Numbered from the stretch's first letter, positions 16,424 through 26,116 are shown. The stretch: 64,000 nt of DNA from Anaerolineales bacterium (GCA_035446285.1 DAOMSJ010000003.1:70713-134712); one strand, 5' to 3'. Notes: generated from the sequence alone by a model not told the origin. Numbers and translations: made by a program.

Positions 16424-19030
16424 TTATTCGTAAGCCGGAATTTCAACTTCGCGGCCGCCCACATTCACCAAGTGATACGGCAGCCAGATCACGCCAAAGC
16501 TGCTGACGTAGATATCCTTGCGGGCGGGTGCCATGGGAATCTGGGTGATCTTTTCGGCCACAGCATCCCAGCGAGCATCAATTGCCGCCAGGGCATCTTG
16601 AATTTCCTCACCCATCTGCTGCATTTCATTTTCCAGGCTGCCGATGGTGGCTTTGCTGTCTTCGACGCGCGCCTTGGCCTCACTGGACATGCGATGCTTG
16701 GTGAGCGAAGTGCTCAGGCGACGGCTGCGGCCAGCAAACAGGCCAATAATATTCTCTAGGTGCGTACCCATCGCTTCCATGTTGCGCTGGTTGGCCTTCT
16801 GCTCATCCTGGCCCAGGTCACGGCGCTCTTTCTCCAGCTTGCGCTGCAAATTCTTCAGCTGGGTGTCGAACTTCTGCTTGGTCCTCTCCACTTCCTGGTT
16901 GCTCTTGGTCTGCGCTTCCTGCGCACACAGGGCGGCAAACTCCTCGCGGGTCAGCTCAGGGCCGGCATACACCTTGAGCTCATCATTGGCCCACACCTGT
17001 ACCTCGCTGCTGCGGTAGACCCAGTCTGAGAAATCGCGCTCCAGGATTTTGAGCTGGGCGCCATCGGCCATTTGGCCAGTCAGCTCACTGTAGAGCGCGT
17101 CATCGCTCTCCGGGCGGCCTTCCAGTCGGCGCTCGTCCAGTGCCTCGTGCTCAAAGTCTTCCCAGCGCAGCCCACGGGCGGGCACATCCGTGACCAACGC
17201 GGCCTTCTGGGTTTCAAAGTCAAGGTTGTACTTGCGCTGCATTACGCGCACCTGCGCCTGCCCCAGCAAGGCAGGGTGATAGACCAGTCCGGTGCGCTTG
17301 GCATCTGCGGGCAGGCTGCGGCGGCTGGCTTGCGCAGCCGCCTCCAGGCCCAGGCTGGCAGGCATGAACAGCTCCTGCACGCCGGAGGGCACGATGGGGC
17401 GGTGGCTCAGGGCACCGGAATCAGTCGGGGTCATTTGCGGCTCCTCTTTTGATGAAGTGGATGGCTTGTACGCCTTCGCAGGCGTGGCCTTGGCAGACGC
17501 AGCTTTGACGGGCGTGGCCGAGAGCTTGTTGAGCGCAGGAATTTGGCTGCGCGTCAGCGGGCCAGCCAGGTAATTCATCGCCCAACGGGTGTAGAAGATC
17601 ACGGGTTGCTTCTCGTGCACATTGTGCAAAAGGAAGACGCGCTTATCCAGTGCCGAAATCTGCTTGTCGTAGTCAGAGCGCTTGAAACCACCGGGGGCGG
17701 CGCCTTCCAGCCCATCCAGCAGGCGCTCTTTATCTCTATCGGTCTGCAGCTTGCCAATGAACCACGAGCCGGCGTTGGAGAGCGCCTTGTAGTCCACATC
17801 TACCGGGTTCTGCGTGGCAAGCAGCTGCCCCACGCCAAAGGCACGCGCTTGCTTCAGCATGCGCAGCATGGGCGCCTTGCTGGGCGGCTCTTTGACCGGC
17901 GGCAGGTAGCCGTGGATCTCATCAAAGTAGACCAGCGCGCGCAGGGAGCCGGTGCCGCGCTGGTTGCGCATCCAGGTTTCCACAGCGGAGTACAGCAGCG
18001 TAATGAAGAACATGCGCTCCGCATCGGAGAGGTGCGAGAGCAGGAAGACACTGTGGCGCGGCTTACCGCCAGAGGTGAAGAGCAGCTTCTCAATGTCGAG
18101 CGGCGTGCCCTCAAGCCAGGTTTGGAAGCTGGGGGCGGCCAGAATGTTGTTGAGGCGTAACGCCAACGCGCCACGCTCTTTGGACGGGAAGAACTGGTCA
18201 AGGTCAAGCACGCCCAGTTTAGTAATAGGCGGATTTTGCACCTGGCGGATCAGTTCGCCGAGCCCAAGGTCTTTGCCCTTGGACCAGGCCTGTTCGAAGA
18301 GATTGGCGAGCAGGATGTGCTCGCGGGATTTCACAGGGTCAACATCGCTGAAACCCACCAGCCCAAGGATGGCGGTAGCGGTGGAGGCAATGCGCTCGCG
18401 AATGGCCTCACGATGCTCTTCCCAGCTTTCCTGCGGGGCCTGCAACGAAGCCAGGATGCTGACCGGGAAACCTGCATCCGAGCCGGGTGTGTACACGGCG
18501 TACTCGGCGGCGTCTGCCAGCGCCTGAATGCGCTGCGGGCCGATGCCCCAGTCGGCCAGACCCTTGGACCACATGGCGGCGGTGTCGGCGGCCGCCTGCT
18601 GCACATCTTTGCCAGAGCGCTTTGCCTCATCGGGATTGATCCACGGCTCAAAGTCAGCCGGCTGCAGGTTAGGGAAGTGCAGCAGCAGGTTGGTGATATC
18701 GCCCTTGGGGTCGATCATCAACGCCGGGATGCCCTGCAGCGCGGCTTCCTCCAGAATACTGATGCACAGACCCGTCTTGCCAGAGCCGGTCATGCCGAAC
18801 ACAACACCGTGCGTGGTGAGATCGGCCGGGTCGTAGAGCACTGGCTCGGGGGAAGTTTGGTTTTTCTTGAGATCGTGAACTTTACCCAGGTAGAACTTAC
18901 CCTTGGTATTCAATGCTTCACTCTTTACAGTGCTTTTTGCTGCGCTTTTGGGAGCGGCTGCTTTCTTTGTTGTTTTCTTTGTTGTTTTCTTTGTTGTTTT
19001 CTTGGTGGTCTTTTTCGTTGCCTTAGCCAT
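16424..19030 (-). CDS. HerA/FtsK-superfamily P-loop NTPase (YjgR/DUF853-DUF87-like) with Lys/Thr-rich N-terminal tail and C-terminal coiled-coil region
   Basis: Walker A is GMTGSGKTGLC followed by PALMIDPKGD, as in YjgR-type ATPases. Walker B-like is LVYFDEIHGY. The C-terminal about 250 aa is heptad-rich (QKFDTQLKNLQRKLEKERRDL...). Confidence 0.65.
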   Translation of the reverse strand: MAKATKKTTKKTTKKTTKKTTKKAAAPKSAAKSTVKSEALNTKGKFYLGKVHDLKKNQTSPEPVLYDPADLTTHGVVFGMTGSGKTGLCISILEEAALQGIPALMIDPKGDITNLLLHFPNLQPADFEPWINPDEAKRSGKDVQQAAADTAAMWSKGLADWGIGPQRIQALADAAEYAVYTPGSDAGFPVSILASLQAPQESWEEHREAIRERIASTATAILGLVGFSDVDPVKSREHILLANLFEQAWSKGKDLGLGELIRQVQNPPITKLGVLDLDQFFPSKERGALALRLNNILAAPSFQTWLEGTPLDIEKLLFTSGGKPRHSVFLLSHLSDAERMFFITLLYSAVETWMRNQRGTGSLRALVYFDEIHGYLPPVKEPPSKAPMLRMLKQARAFGVGQLLATQNPVDVDYKALSNAGSWFIGKLQTDRDKERLLDGLEGAAPGGFKRSDYDKQISALDKRVFLLHNVHEKQPVIFYTRWAMNYLAGPLTRSQIPALNKLSATPVKAASAKATPAKAYKPSTSSKEEPQMTPTDSGALSHRPIVPSGVQELFMPASLGLEAAAQASRRSLPADAKRTGLVYHPALLGQAQVRVMQRKYNLDFETQKAALVTDVPARGLRWEDFEHEALDERRLEGRPESDDALYSELTGQMADGAQLKILERDFSDWVYRSSEVQVWANDELKVYAGPELTREEFAALCAQEAQTKSNQEVERTKQKFDTQLKNLQRKLEKERRDLGQDEQKANQRNMEAMGTHLENIIGLFAGRSRRLSTSLTKHRMSSEAKARVEDSKATIGSLENEMQQMGEEIQDALAAIDARWDAVAEKITQIPMAPARKDIYVSSFGVIWLPYHLVNVGGREVEIPAYE
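18962..19015 (-). repeat. 12-nt in-frame tandem repeat (about 4.5 copies) encoding (KKTT)n
   Basis: ctttgttgtttt reiterated. Peptide is MAKATKKTTKKTTKKTTKKTTKKAAAPK. Confidence 0.85.
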
Positions 19031-19051
19031 AGGCGAATAATAACATCGGCG

Positions 19052-20257
19052 CTAGACAAACTCCATAAACACTTGATTGCCAAGCAGCCGCCCTTGCTGG
19101 GTCAGGCGTAGTGTCCCCGCTGCGGTCTCGAGCAAGCCGCGGCGCTGCAGCGTGCTGATGCTTTTGCCGTAGACCTGCTCCAGCGTGCTGCCGAAGCGTT
19201 GGGCGAACCCTTCAGTGGAGACGCCTTCATGCACCAGGCGCAGGCCCATCATCATTGTCTCGCCCATCTCACGCTCGACGTCGACCTGCTCGGCGCTGGC
19301 TGTGGCTGGCGTTCTCGGCAGTGTAGGCAGCTTGGCAGCCTGCACTGCCACGGCCTCGCGCATGCGTTTGATGTAGGCGGCGGGCGCCAGCACGTTGGCG
19401 GTGCGGTGGCCGGCCAAGAAGCCGTGCGCCCCCGCCCCCAGCCCGGCGTAGGGCAGATTGCGCCAGTATTGCAAGTTGTGCCGGCAGGCCAGCAGTTTGC
19501 CATCAGGGCCGGGTTTGGCCCAGTTGGAGATCTCGTACTGCACAAAGCCAGCCGCTGCCAGCTCACTATCGGCCAGCTCGTACATCTCGGCAGCCAGATC
19601 GCCGTCGGGCAAGGCCAACAGGCCGCGAGCGTCTAATTCTTTGAACGGCGTGCCATGCTCAATGCTGAGGGCGTAGAGCGAGAGATGCTCAGGGGCAAGG
19701 CTCACGGCCAGCTCCAAATTGCGCTGCCAGCTGGCCAGGCTCTGCCCGGGCAGACCGAAGATCCAATCCAGATTGAGATTCTCAAAACCAGCCTGGCGCG
19801 CCCACTTGACCGAGTTGATCACATCGGCAAAGTCGTGTTCGCGTTCCAGCACGATGAGCTCATGCGGGCTGGCCGATTGCACGCCCAAGCTGAGGCGGTT
19901 GAAGCCCGCCGCCCGCAGGCCTGCCAGGTACTCCGGTGACAGGGTGCCCGGGTTGGCCTCCAACGAGATCTCGGCATCGGCAGCCACATCGTAGGCTGCA
20001 TGCAGCGCCGCCAGCAGGCGCTGCATGCCGTCCAGCGGCAGTAGCGAAGGCGTGCCGCCGCCCAAGAAGATGGTGTGAACGGGCAGTCGCTGGCCGCCGG
20101 CCTCTTGTGCGGCGCGGCCCAGCCACTCAGCCTCGGCGATGAGCGCATCTGTGTACGCAGGGATGAGGCTATCCAGCCCAGCATAGGTATTGAAATCACA
20201 ATAGCCGCAACGGTGGCGGCAGAAGGGGATGTGCAAGTACAGGCTGGTGGGCTGCAT
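19052..20257 (-). CDS. hemW: Radical SAM family heme chaperone HemW (oxygen-independent coproporphyrinogen-III oxidase-like)
   Basis: LYLHIPFCRHRCGYCDFN cluster motif, GGGTPS, and a HemN_C-like C-terminus. Start set at MQPTSLY, because the upstream part of the ORF-track frame is the heptamer repeat. Confidence 0.85.
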   Translation of the reverse strand: MQPTSLYLHIPFCRHRCGYCDFNTYAGLDSLIPAYTDALIAEAEWLGRAAQEAGGQRLPVHTIFLGGGTPSLLPLDGMQRLLAALHAAYDVAADAEISLEANPGTLSPEYLAGLRAAGFNRLSLGVQSASPHELIVLEREHDFADVINSVKWARQAGFENLNLDWIFGLPGQSLASWQRNLELAVSLAPEHLSLYALSIEHGTPFKELDARGLLALPDGDLAAEMYELADSELAAAGFVQYEISNWAKPGPDGKLLACRHNLQYWRNLPYAGLGAGAHGFLAGHRTANVLAPAAYIKRMREAVAVQAAKLPTLPRTPATASAEQVDVEREMGETMMMGLRLVHEGVSTEGFAQRFGSTLEQVYGKSISTLQRRGLLETAAGTLRLTQQGRLLGNQVFMEFV

Positions 20258-20286
20258 CAGGATGAGTATAACCAGTGGAACAAGCG

Positions 20287-20337
20287 AGATTTGAGATTGG
20301 AGATTGGAGACTGGAATCTCAAATCTCCAATCTCCGC
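20287..20337. repeat. Heptamer inverted array (GAGATTT GAGATTG GAGATTG GAGACTG / AATCTCA AATCTCC AATCTCC) in the hemW 5' region
   Basis: Read directly. Alternative 12-13 bp hairpins are possible (ggagattggaga/tctccaatctcc and gagatttgagatt/aatctcaaatctc). Confidence 0.85.
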
Positions 20338-20376
20338 TTCTCACTCATCCTTCATTCATGCGCATCACCCACCCCT

Positions 20377-20385
20377 TGGTATAAT
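20377..20385 (+). promoter_or_regulatory. Candidate extended -10 promoter (TGgTATAAT) giving a near-leaderless transcript for the LysM gene
   Basis: tggtataat ends 11 nt before ATG 20397. The intervening cgccaagtttt has no Shine-Dalgarno. Confidence 0.35.
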
Positions 20386-20396
20386 CGCCAAGTTTT

Positions 20397-21569
20397 ATGG
20401 CTATGGAAAAACCTCGTTCCACTCCTACCAAAATCTGCCCCAGTTGTGGCACACGGGTAAGCGAAAACGCTCCCCGCTGCCTGGTATGCGGCCACCAGTT
20501 TGTGGCTGGCAGCACGCCTATCACCAAGAAGGCCACCAAGCCAGCCGCCCAAATCGGCGGCCGTGCCAGCCTGCCTGAGCTGCGCCTCAGCTTGCCCATC
20601 GCCATTGGCCTGCTGGTGCTCCTCCTGCTGGTTGGCGGCGGCGTGGCCTATGCCGCCCTCTCGCAAACCGGCCGCCTGCTGGCGCCCGAAGTGGAGGGTA
20701 CCGCCACGCCCACGGCCAGCATCACGCCCACCGAGACGCCGGAAACCCCCACGCCGACCTCTACCCCGGTGCCCACGTACACTCCGCTGGCCTACACCGT
20801 GCAGCAGAACGATACCTGCGGCGGTATCGGCTTTGCCTTCAATGTAAGCGCGGCCTCGATCATTCTACAAAATTCGCTAGATGCTAACTGCAACCTCTTC
20901 GTCGGCCAGGCGCTGCTTGTACCCCAGCCCACATTCACAGCCACGCCACAAGCCACCGCTACGCTGGGCGAGATGGAAGCTACCATCGCCGCCTGCGAAG
21001 TGAGCCCTTATGTTGTGCAATCAGGTGAGTCGCTGAGCCTCATCTCGCTGACCTATGGCGTGCCGATGGAAGCCATCATGAGCTGGAACGGCATGACCTC
21101 CGACAGCACCTTTGAAGGCCAGCGCCTGAACATTCCCCTGTGCATGCGCACCTTCGTGGGTGCGGCTACTGTCACCCCCACCGTAGCACCGCCCTACCCA
21201 GCCCCGGAGCTGCTGCTGCCCGTAGATGGCGATGCCTTCACCTCCAGCAGCGACACGATCGCCCTGCAATGGGCCTCGGTAGGTTCCCTGCGCAGCAACG
21301 AGTACTACCAGGTGACGATTGTGGATGTGACCAGCGGCCAAAACCTGAACATCACTGATGAAGTAAAGGACACCACCTTCACGGTACCCACCGCCTTCCG
21401 CCCCACGGATGGACGCCCGCATATCTTCCGCTGGTATGTGGTCACTGTGGCGCAGATCGGTGTGGATGCTGATGGCCTGCCGGTGTACATCCAGGGTGGC
21501 CCGGTGAGCCTGACGCGCACCTTCACCTGGAATGGCAGCGGCGCCCCGGTCAACTCGCCCACACCGTAA
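20397..21569 (+). CDS. Membrane-anchored zinc-ribbon / double LysM domain protein
   Basis: N-terminal CPSCG...CLVCG zinc ribbon, one TM helix, a Thr/Pro linker, and two LysM motifs (YTVQQNDTCGGIGFAF...GQALLVP and YVVQSGESLSLISLTYG...GQRLNIP). Confidence 0.75.
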   Translation: MAMEKPRSTPTKICPSCGTRVSENAPRCLVCGHQFVAGSTPITKKATKPAAQIGGRASLPELRLSLPIAIGLLVLLLLVGGGVAYAALSQTGRLLAPEVEGTATPTASITPTETPETPTPTSTPVPTYTPLAYTVQQNDTCGGIGFAFNVSAASIILQNSLDANCNLFVGQALLVPQPTFTATPQATATLGEMEATIAACEVSPYVVQSGESLSLISLTYGVPMEAIMSWNGMTSDSTFEGQRLNIPLCMRTFVGAATVTPTVAPPYPAPELLLPVDGDAFTSSSDTIALQWASVGSLRSNEYYQVTIVDVTSGQNLNITDEVKDTTFTVPTAFRPTDGRPHIFRWYVVTVAQIGVDADGLPVYIQGGPVSLTRTFTWNGSGAPVNSPTP

Positions 21570-21582
21570 ACTCATCACAAAC

Positions 21583-21620
21583 AAAAAAGCCCGCTCCATG
21601 GAGCGGGCTTTTTATTTTTT
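21583..21620. terminator. Bidirectional intrinsic terminator (LysM gene / gltA)
   Basis: aaaaaa-agcccgctc-catg-gagcgggct-ttttatttttt. Confidence 0.75.
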
Positions 21621-21630
21621 GCAAATCAAG

Positions 21631-22920
21631 CTACTTGCGCTTGTCCATCGGCTGGAAGTCACGCTTGTCTTCGCCCAGATACACCTGGCGCGGGCGAGCG
21701 ATCTTCTGCTCATCATCCAGCAGCATCTCCTGCCACTGCGCCAACCAACCCACTGTGCGGGGGATGGCGAACATGACCGGGAAGAAGGCTACCGGCAGTC
21801 CCATGGCCTGGTAGATGATGCCGGAGTAAAAGTCTACGTTGGGATACAGCTTGCGCTGGATGAAGTACTCATCGCTCAAAGCAATCTGCTCCAGCTCCAG
21901 GGCAATATCCAGCAGATCATTGCGGCCGGTGACCTTGAAGACATCCTCCGCCACCTGCTTGATTATCTTGGCACGCGGATCGTAATTCTTGTAGACGCGG
22001 TGGCCGAAGCCCATCAGGCGGCCTTCGCCGTTCTTGACCTTCTCGATGAAGCCGGGGATGTTCTTGACATCGCCGATCTGCGCCAGCATGCGCAGCACCG
22101 CTTCGTTGGCGCCGCCGTGCAGCGGGCCGTACAGCGCCGCTGCCGCGCCAGCCATGGCAGAGTACGGATCCACCTTGCTGGAGCCGATGGAGCGCATGGC
22201 GCTAGTGCTGCAGTTCTGCTCATGGTCTGCATGCAGGATGAAGAGCACATCCAGGGCGCGCTCCAAGACCGGGTTGGGCTCGTAATTCTGCTCCATCATC
22301 TTGAACATCATGCTCAAGAAGTTGCCCGGGTAGCTCAGATTATTGTCAGGGTAGATGAACGGCAGACCGCGGCTGTGGCGATAGGAGAAGGCGGCGATAG
22401 TGGGCACCTTGGCGATCAGACGTTGGATCTGAATGGTGCGCACGCTGGTGTCGTTGATCTGATTGGCTTCAGGGTAGAAGGTGGAGAGCGCCGCTACAGT
22501 GGCGATGAACATGCCCATGGGGTGGGCGTCGTAGCGGAAGTTCTGCATGAAGTGCTTGATGTTCTCGTGGATGATGGTGTGGTGCGTGATCTCATGCACC
22601 CACTGGGCCAACTGGTCCTTATTGGGCAGCTCGCCGTAGAGAATAAGGTAAGCCACTTCAAGGTAGGTGCATTTCTCGGCCAACTGCTCGATCGGGTAGC
22701 CGCGGTAGCGCAGGATGCCGTTGTCGCCATCCAGGTAGGTGATCTCGCTCTTGGTGCTGGCCGTGTTCATGAAGGCCGGGTCGTAGGTCATCAGGCCAAA
22801 ATCCTCTGCACCTGTTTTGATCTGGCGCAGGTCAGTGGCCTTGATCGTGCCCTCCCAAATGGGGAGTTCGTACTCCTGCCCGGTACGGTTATCTTTGATG
22901 GTTAGTGTGTCTTTTGCCAT
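21631..22920 (-). CDS. gltA: Citrate synthase
   Basis: 429 aa. GFGHRVYKNYDPR signature, HADHEQNCSTS and PRTVGW motifs. Confidence 0.95.
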   Translation of the reverse strand: MAKDTLTIKDNRTGQEYELPIWEGTIKATDLRQIKTGAEDFGLMTYDPAFMNTASTKSEITYLDGDNGILRYRGYPIEQLAEKCTYLEVAYLILYGELPNKDQLAQWVHEITHHTIIHENIKHFMQNFRYDAHPMGMFIATVAALSTFYPEANQINDTSVRTIQIQRLIAKVPTIAAFSYRHSRGLPFIYPDNNLSYPGNFLSMMFKMMEQNYEPNPVLERALDVLFILHADHEQNCSTSAMRSIGSSKVDPYSAMAGAAAALYGPLHGGANEAVLRMLAQIGDVKNIPGFIEKVKNGEGRLMGFGHRVYKNYDPRAKIIKQVAEDVFKVTGRNDLLDIALELEQIALSDEYFIQRKLYPNVDFYSGIIYQAMGLPVAFFPVMFAIPRTVGWLAQWQEMLLDDEQKIARPRQVYLGEDKRDFQPMDKRK

Positions 22921-22942
22921 GCCTGCTCCAATCGTAGGCGGT

Positions 22943-23869
22943 CTAGATCTTAAGCGCTGCGGTCAACTCGCGCACTTCGGCGGCTGAGTTCTCCAACATC
23001 GCCTTCTCATCATCGTTGAGCTTGTACTCGATCACCTTCTCCAAGCCCTTGCGGCCCAATTGCGCCGGCACGCCGAAGAAGATGTCTTTCAGCCCGTACT
23101 CGCCGTTCATATACACGGCGCACGGGGCGATCAGCTGCTTGTCTTTCAGAATGGCCTCAGCCATCTGGGCCACCGCCACCGAGGGAGCGTAGAAGGCGCT
23201 GCCCTGCTTGAGCAGAGCCACGATCTCGCCACCACCCTTGCGGGTGCGGTCTACGATGGCTTCCAGGCGGTCTGCAGGCATGGTCTCGTTGAGCGGCACG
23301 CCAGCCACGTTGGAGTGGCGCGTCAGCGGCACCATGCTGTCACCGTGGCCACCCAGCACGTAGCAGAAGATGTTCTCCACGCTCACGCCCAGCTCCATGG
23401 CGACGAAAGCACGCATACGCGCCGAGTCGAGGATGCCAGCCTGGCCGATCACGCGCTCACGCGGCAGGCCGCCCGCCTTCATGGCTACGTAGCACATGGC
23501 GTCCAGTGGATTGGTGAGGATGATGTAGATAGCGTTGGGAGAGCTTTTGAGGGTCTCTTCGGTGGCCTTCTTGACGATGTCTGAGTTGACGGCCAGCAAG
23601 TCATCACGGCTCATGCCCGGCTTGCGCGGCAGACCGGCGGTGATGACCACGATGTCTGAGCCTTCGCTGGCGGCATAGTCATTGCTGCCGGTGATCTTGA
23701 CATCCTTGCCAATGACGGGCATGGCCTGGAATAAATCGAGGGCTTTACCCTGCGGCATGCCCTCGACAACGTCAATCAATGCAATTTCCGCCAGCTCGCG
23801 CTCTGCGAGCCAGTGGGCGGCGGTGGCGCCAGTCATTCCGGCGCCGACAATCGTGATCTTGTGCGACAT
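22943..23869 (-). CDS. mdh: Malate dehydrogenase (LDH-like family)
   Basis: KITIVGAGMTGATAA, ITAGLPRKPGMSRDDL, GGHGDSMVP. Confidence 0.95.
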   Translation of the reverse strand: MSHKITIVGAGMTGATAAHWLAERELAEIALIDVVEGMPQGKALDLFQAMPVIGKDVKITGSNDYAASEGSDIVVITAGLPRKPGMSRDDLLAVNSDIVKKATEETLKSSPNAIYIILTNPLDAMCYVAMKAGGLPRERVIGQAGILDSARMRAFVAMELGVSVENIFCYVLGGHGDSMVPLTRHSNVAGVPLNETMPADRLEAIVDRTRKGGGEIVALLKQGSAFYAPSVAVAQMAEAILKDKQLIAPCAVYMNGEYGLKDIFFGVPAQLGRKGLEKVIEYKLNDDEKAMLENSAAEVRELTAALKI

Positions 23870-24002
23870 GTACTTCTCCGCTAGTTAAGAATTATGGGAT
23901 TTTGTGCTTAATGCCACGATTATATCACCGCGGCTTAAAGTGAAGCGTCCTCCATTATGGAGGACGCTTGTCACTTGCTTGCTGTGGGTGTGCGCGGTAG
24001 CG

Positions 24003-24956
24003 CTACTCGTTGGCTTCGAGGAAGCGCGTGGCCTGAATGCCCGCCCCGGCCCCCATGCCCGCCGAGGTGATCACCTGGCGGAAGTGCGGGTCTGCCACTT
24101 CGCCAGCAGCGAAGACACCCGGCACGCTGGTTTCCATGTAACGGTTGGCGACCAGATAGCCGCCCTCATCCATCTCCAGCTGGCCCTCGAAGAGTTGCGT
24201 GTTGGGCGTGTGGCCGATGAAGATGAATATGCCATCGGTGGTGAAGGGCTTCTTCTCACCCGTAACCACATCTTCCAGCTCAATGGTTTGCACCGTGCCG
24301 TTACCCTCGATCTTGTTCACCACGGTGTTGGTGATGAAGCTCATTTTTGGATTGTCTTTGGCACGCTGCAACAGCAGATCGCCAGCGCGGAAATCATCCC
24401 GGCGGTGGATAACGGTCACGTTGTTGGCGAAACGGGTCAGGAAGGCGCCTTCTTCCATAGCGCTATCGCCACCGCCCACCACTACGATGTCTTTCTCTTT
24501 GAAGAAGAAGCCATCACAGGTGCCACAGTAGGAGACGCCGCGGCCGGTGAATTCGGTCTCACCGGGTACTTCCAGATGGCGCGGGGTGGCGCCAGTGGCA
24601 ATGATGAGCGTATCGGCGGTGTACTCGGTGGCGAAACTGGTAACCTTGAACGGGCGCTGGCTCAGGTCGACCTTCACGGCGGTGTCGAAGACCGTCTTGG
24701 CGCCGAAATGCTCGGCCTGCTTGCGGAACAGCTCAGTGAGTTCGGGGCCGCCCACGGCATCCGGGAAGCCCGGGTAATTCTCAACCGTGTGGGTCAGCGA
24801 GACCTGGCCGCCGTACTCCTGGCCAGCCAGCACCACCGGCTCGAGCTGGGCGCGCGCCGTATACAGGGCGGCGGCCAGCCCTGCCGGGCCAGACCCCAGG
24901 ATCAGTACCTTCACGTGTTCCTGGGCCAGTGATTTTTCATTGGGAGTGAGTTCCAT
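24003..24956 (-). CDS. trxB: Thioredoxin-disulfide reductase
   Basis: VLILGSGPAGLAAALY FAD motif and redox-active CGTCDGFFF. Start set at MELTPNEK (the ORF-track N-terminal 90 aa has no support). Confidence 0.9.
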   Translation of the reverse strand: MELTPNEKSLAQEHVKVLILGSGPAGLAAALYTARAQLEPVVLAGQEYGGQVSLTHTVENYPGFPDAVGGPELTELFRKQAEHFGAKTVFDTAVKVDLSQRPFKVTSFATEYTADTLIIATGATPRHLEVPGETEFTGRGVSYCGTCDGFFFKEKDIVVVGGGDSAMEEGAFLTRFANNVTVIHRRDDFRAGDLLLQRAKDNPKMSFITNTVVNKIEGNGTVQTIELEDVVTGEKKPFTTDGIFIFIGHTPNTQLFEGQLEMDEGGYLVANRYMETSVPGVFAAGEVADPHFRQVITSAGMGAGAGIQATRFLEANE

Positions 24957-25076
24957 AGTTTTTGCCTCTTGATGTATAGACGCAAGGGATGCAATAACCT
25001 TACCGCTGGAATTATACAAGCCGTGCAGCCACCAACACGATTGTAAGATAGCACATGCTAGAATCGTCTTGAGCTT

Positions 25077-25994
25077 ATGCCTTCGCCAGATGCGCACGCC
25101 AGCGCTATACCCGCCGCCGCATGCTACCGCGTATCGCAGCCGGGCACGCTGTTGGTGAGCGGCGCCACACGGCAAGACTACTTGCAGCGCCAGACCACCA
25201 ATGATATCGGCCTGCTTAGTGCGCAACGCGCCGTTCCGACGGTGCTGACCAATCCCAGCGCGCGTATTTTAGAGGTGTTCACTGTAGTGCAGCACGGTGA
25301 AGCCATGCTGCTGCTTACCCAGGCTGGCCACGCCGCCGGCCTGGCGGCTTACTTCAAACGCCACATCTTCTTTAATGATGACGTGAGTGTTACAGATGTC
25401 AGCGCAGAGTGGGAGCAGGTTGAGATCGTAGGCGTACAAGCGCAGGCAGCTCTGGCGGCGCTGGGTCTGCCCGCCCCTGCCACGCTGGACGAAGTTGCCA
25501 GCGGCACGCTGGAGAGCTACAGCGTGTATGCCATTGCGGAAGACAGCGGCATTCGCTTGCTCATGCCAGCAGGCGCACTACCTGCCCTGCTGGCCGCGCT
25601 GCAAGCCAATGGGTTGCCCGAGCTTACGACAGATGCGCGTGAGCAGCTGCGCATCGAAGCTGGCCGCGCCGGTACCCCTGAATTCACCGATGCCTACACC
25701 CCGTTCGAAGTTGGCTTGCGCCGCTATGTTTCAGACACAAAAGGCTGCTACACCGGCCAGGAAGTGCTGGCGCGCCAGGTGACCTATGACAAGGTCACGC
25801 GTAGCTTGGCGCTGATGCGCACCGCCGCTGGTGTGCAACCCGGCGCCAGCGTGCAGCTGGAGGGCCGCACGCTGGGCAGCGTGAGCTCGGTTGCCGCTTC
25901 CGGCGACACAGGGCTGGCGCTGGCGGTGCTGCGCAAGCCGTTTGAAATAGGCCAGGAAGTCAGCATTGGCGGGCATCCCGCTACAATTCTCTAG
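25077..25994 (+). CDS. ygfZ: YgfZ/GcvT-like folate-binding Fe-S cluster repair protein
   Basis: Diagnostic KGCYTGQE motif and aminomethyltransferase-like fold length. Confidence 0.8.
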   Translation: MPSPDAHASAIPAAACYRVSQPGTLLVSGATRQDYLQRQTTNDIGLLSAQRAVPTVLTNPSARILEVFTVVQHGEAMLLLTQAGHAAGLAAYFKRHIFFNDDVSVTDVSAEWEQVEIVGVQAQAALAALGLPAPATLDEVASGTLESYSVYAIAEDSGIRLLMPAGALPALLAALQANGLPELTTDAREQLRIEAGRAGTPEFTDAYTPFEVGLRRYVSDTKGCYTGQEVLARQVTYDKVTRSLALMRTAAGVQPGASVQLEGRTLGSVSSVAASGDTGLALAVLRKPFEIGQEVSIGGHPATIL

Positions 25995-26013
25995 TCCCCT
26001 CTGCACTAGCCTC

Positions 26014-26044
26014 AAAAAGAGCCCGCATTTTTGCGGGCTCTTTG
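26014..26044 (+). terminator. Intrinsic terminator after ygfZ-like gene
   Basis: agagcccgca-tttt-tgcgggctct followed by a short T tract. Confidence 0.55.
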
Positions 26045-26116
26045 CGCTTATAGCCAGATTCTTGAAGCCTATTTAAGAAAATTTAAGCCAGTTTTCAACT
26101 TTCCTTATTAAAACTA

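Noticed and set aside
20287-20337. Heptamer arrays (also 2596-2644, 53083-53124 and 57012-57099) as possible CRISPR repeats
   Set aside because: The units are 7 nt, directly adjacent and arranged as inverted halves, with no spacers of uniform length and no cas genes. They are REP/STRR-like hairpins, not CRISPR.
21532-22905. 457-aa ORF on the plus strand
   Set aside because: Antisense shadow of citrate synthase (gltA). It has no recognisable domain and a biased composition.
23904-24932. 342-aa plus-strand ORF
   Set aside because: Antisense shadow of trxB.
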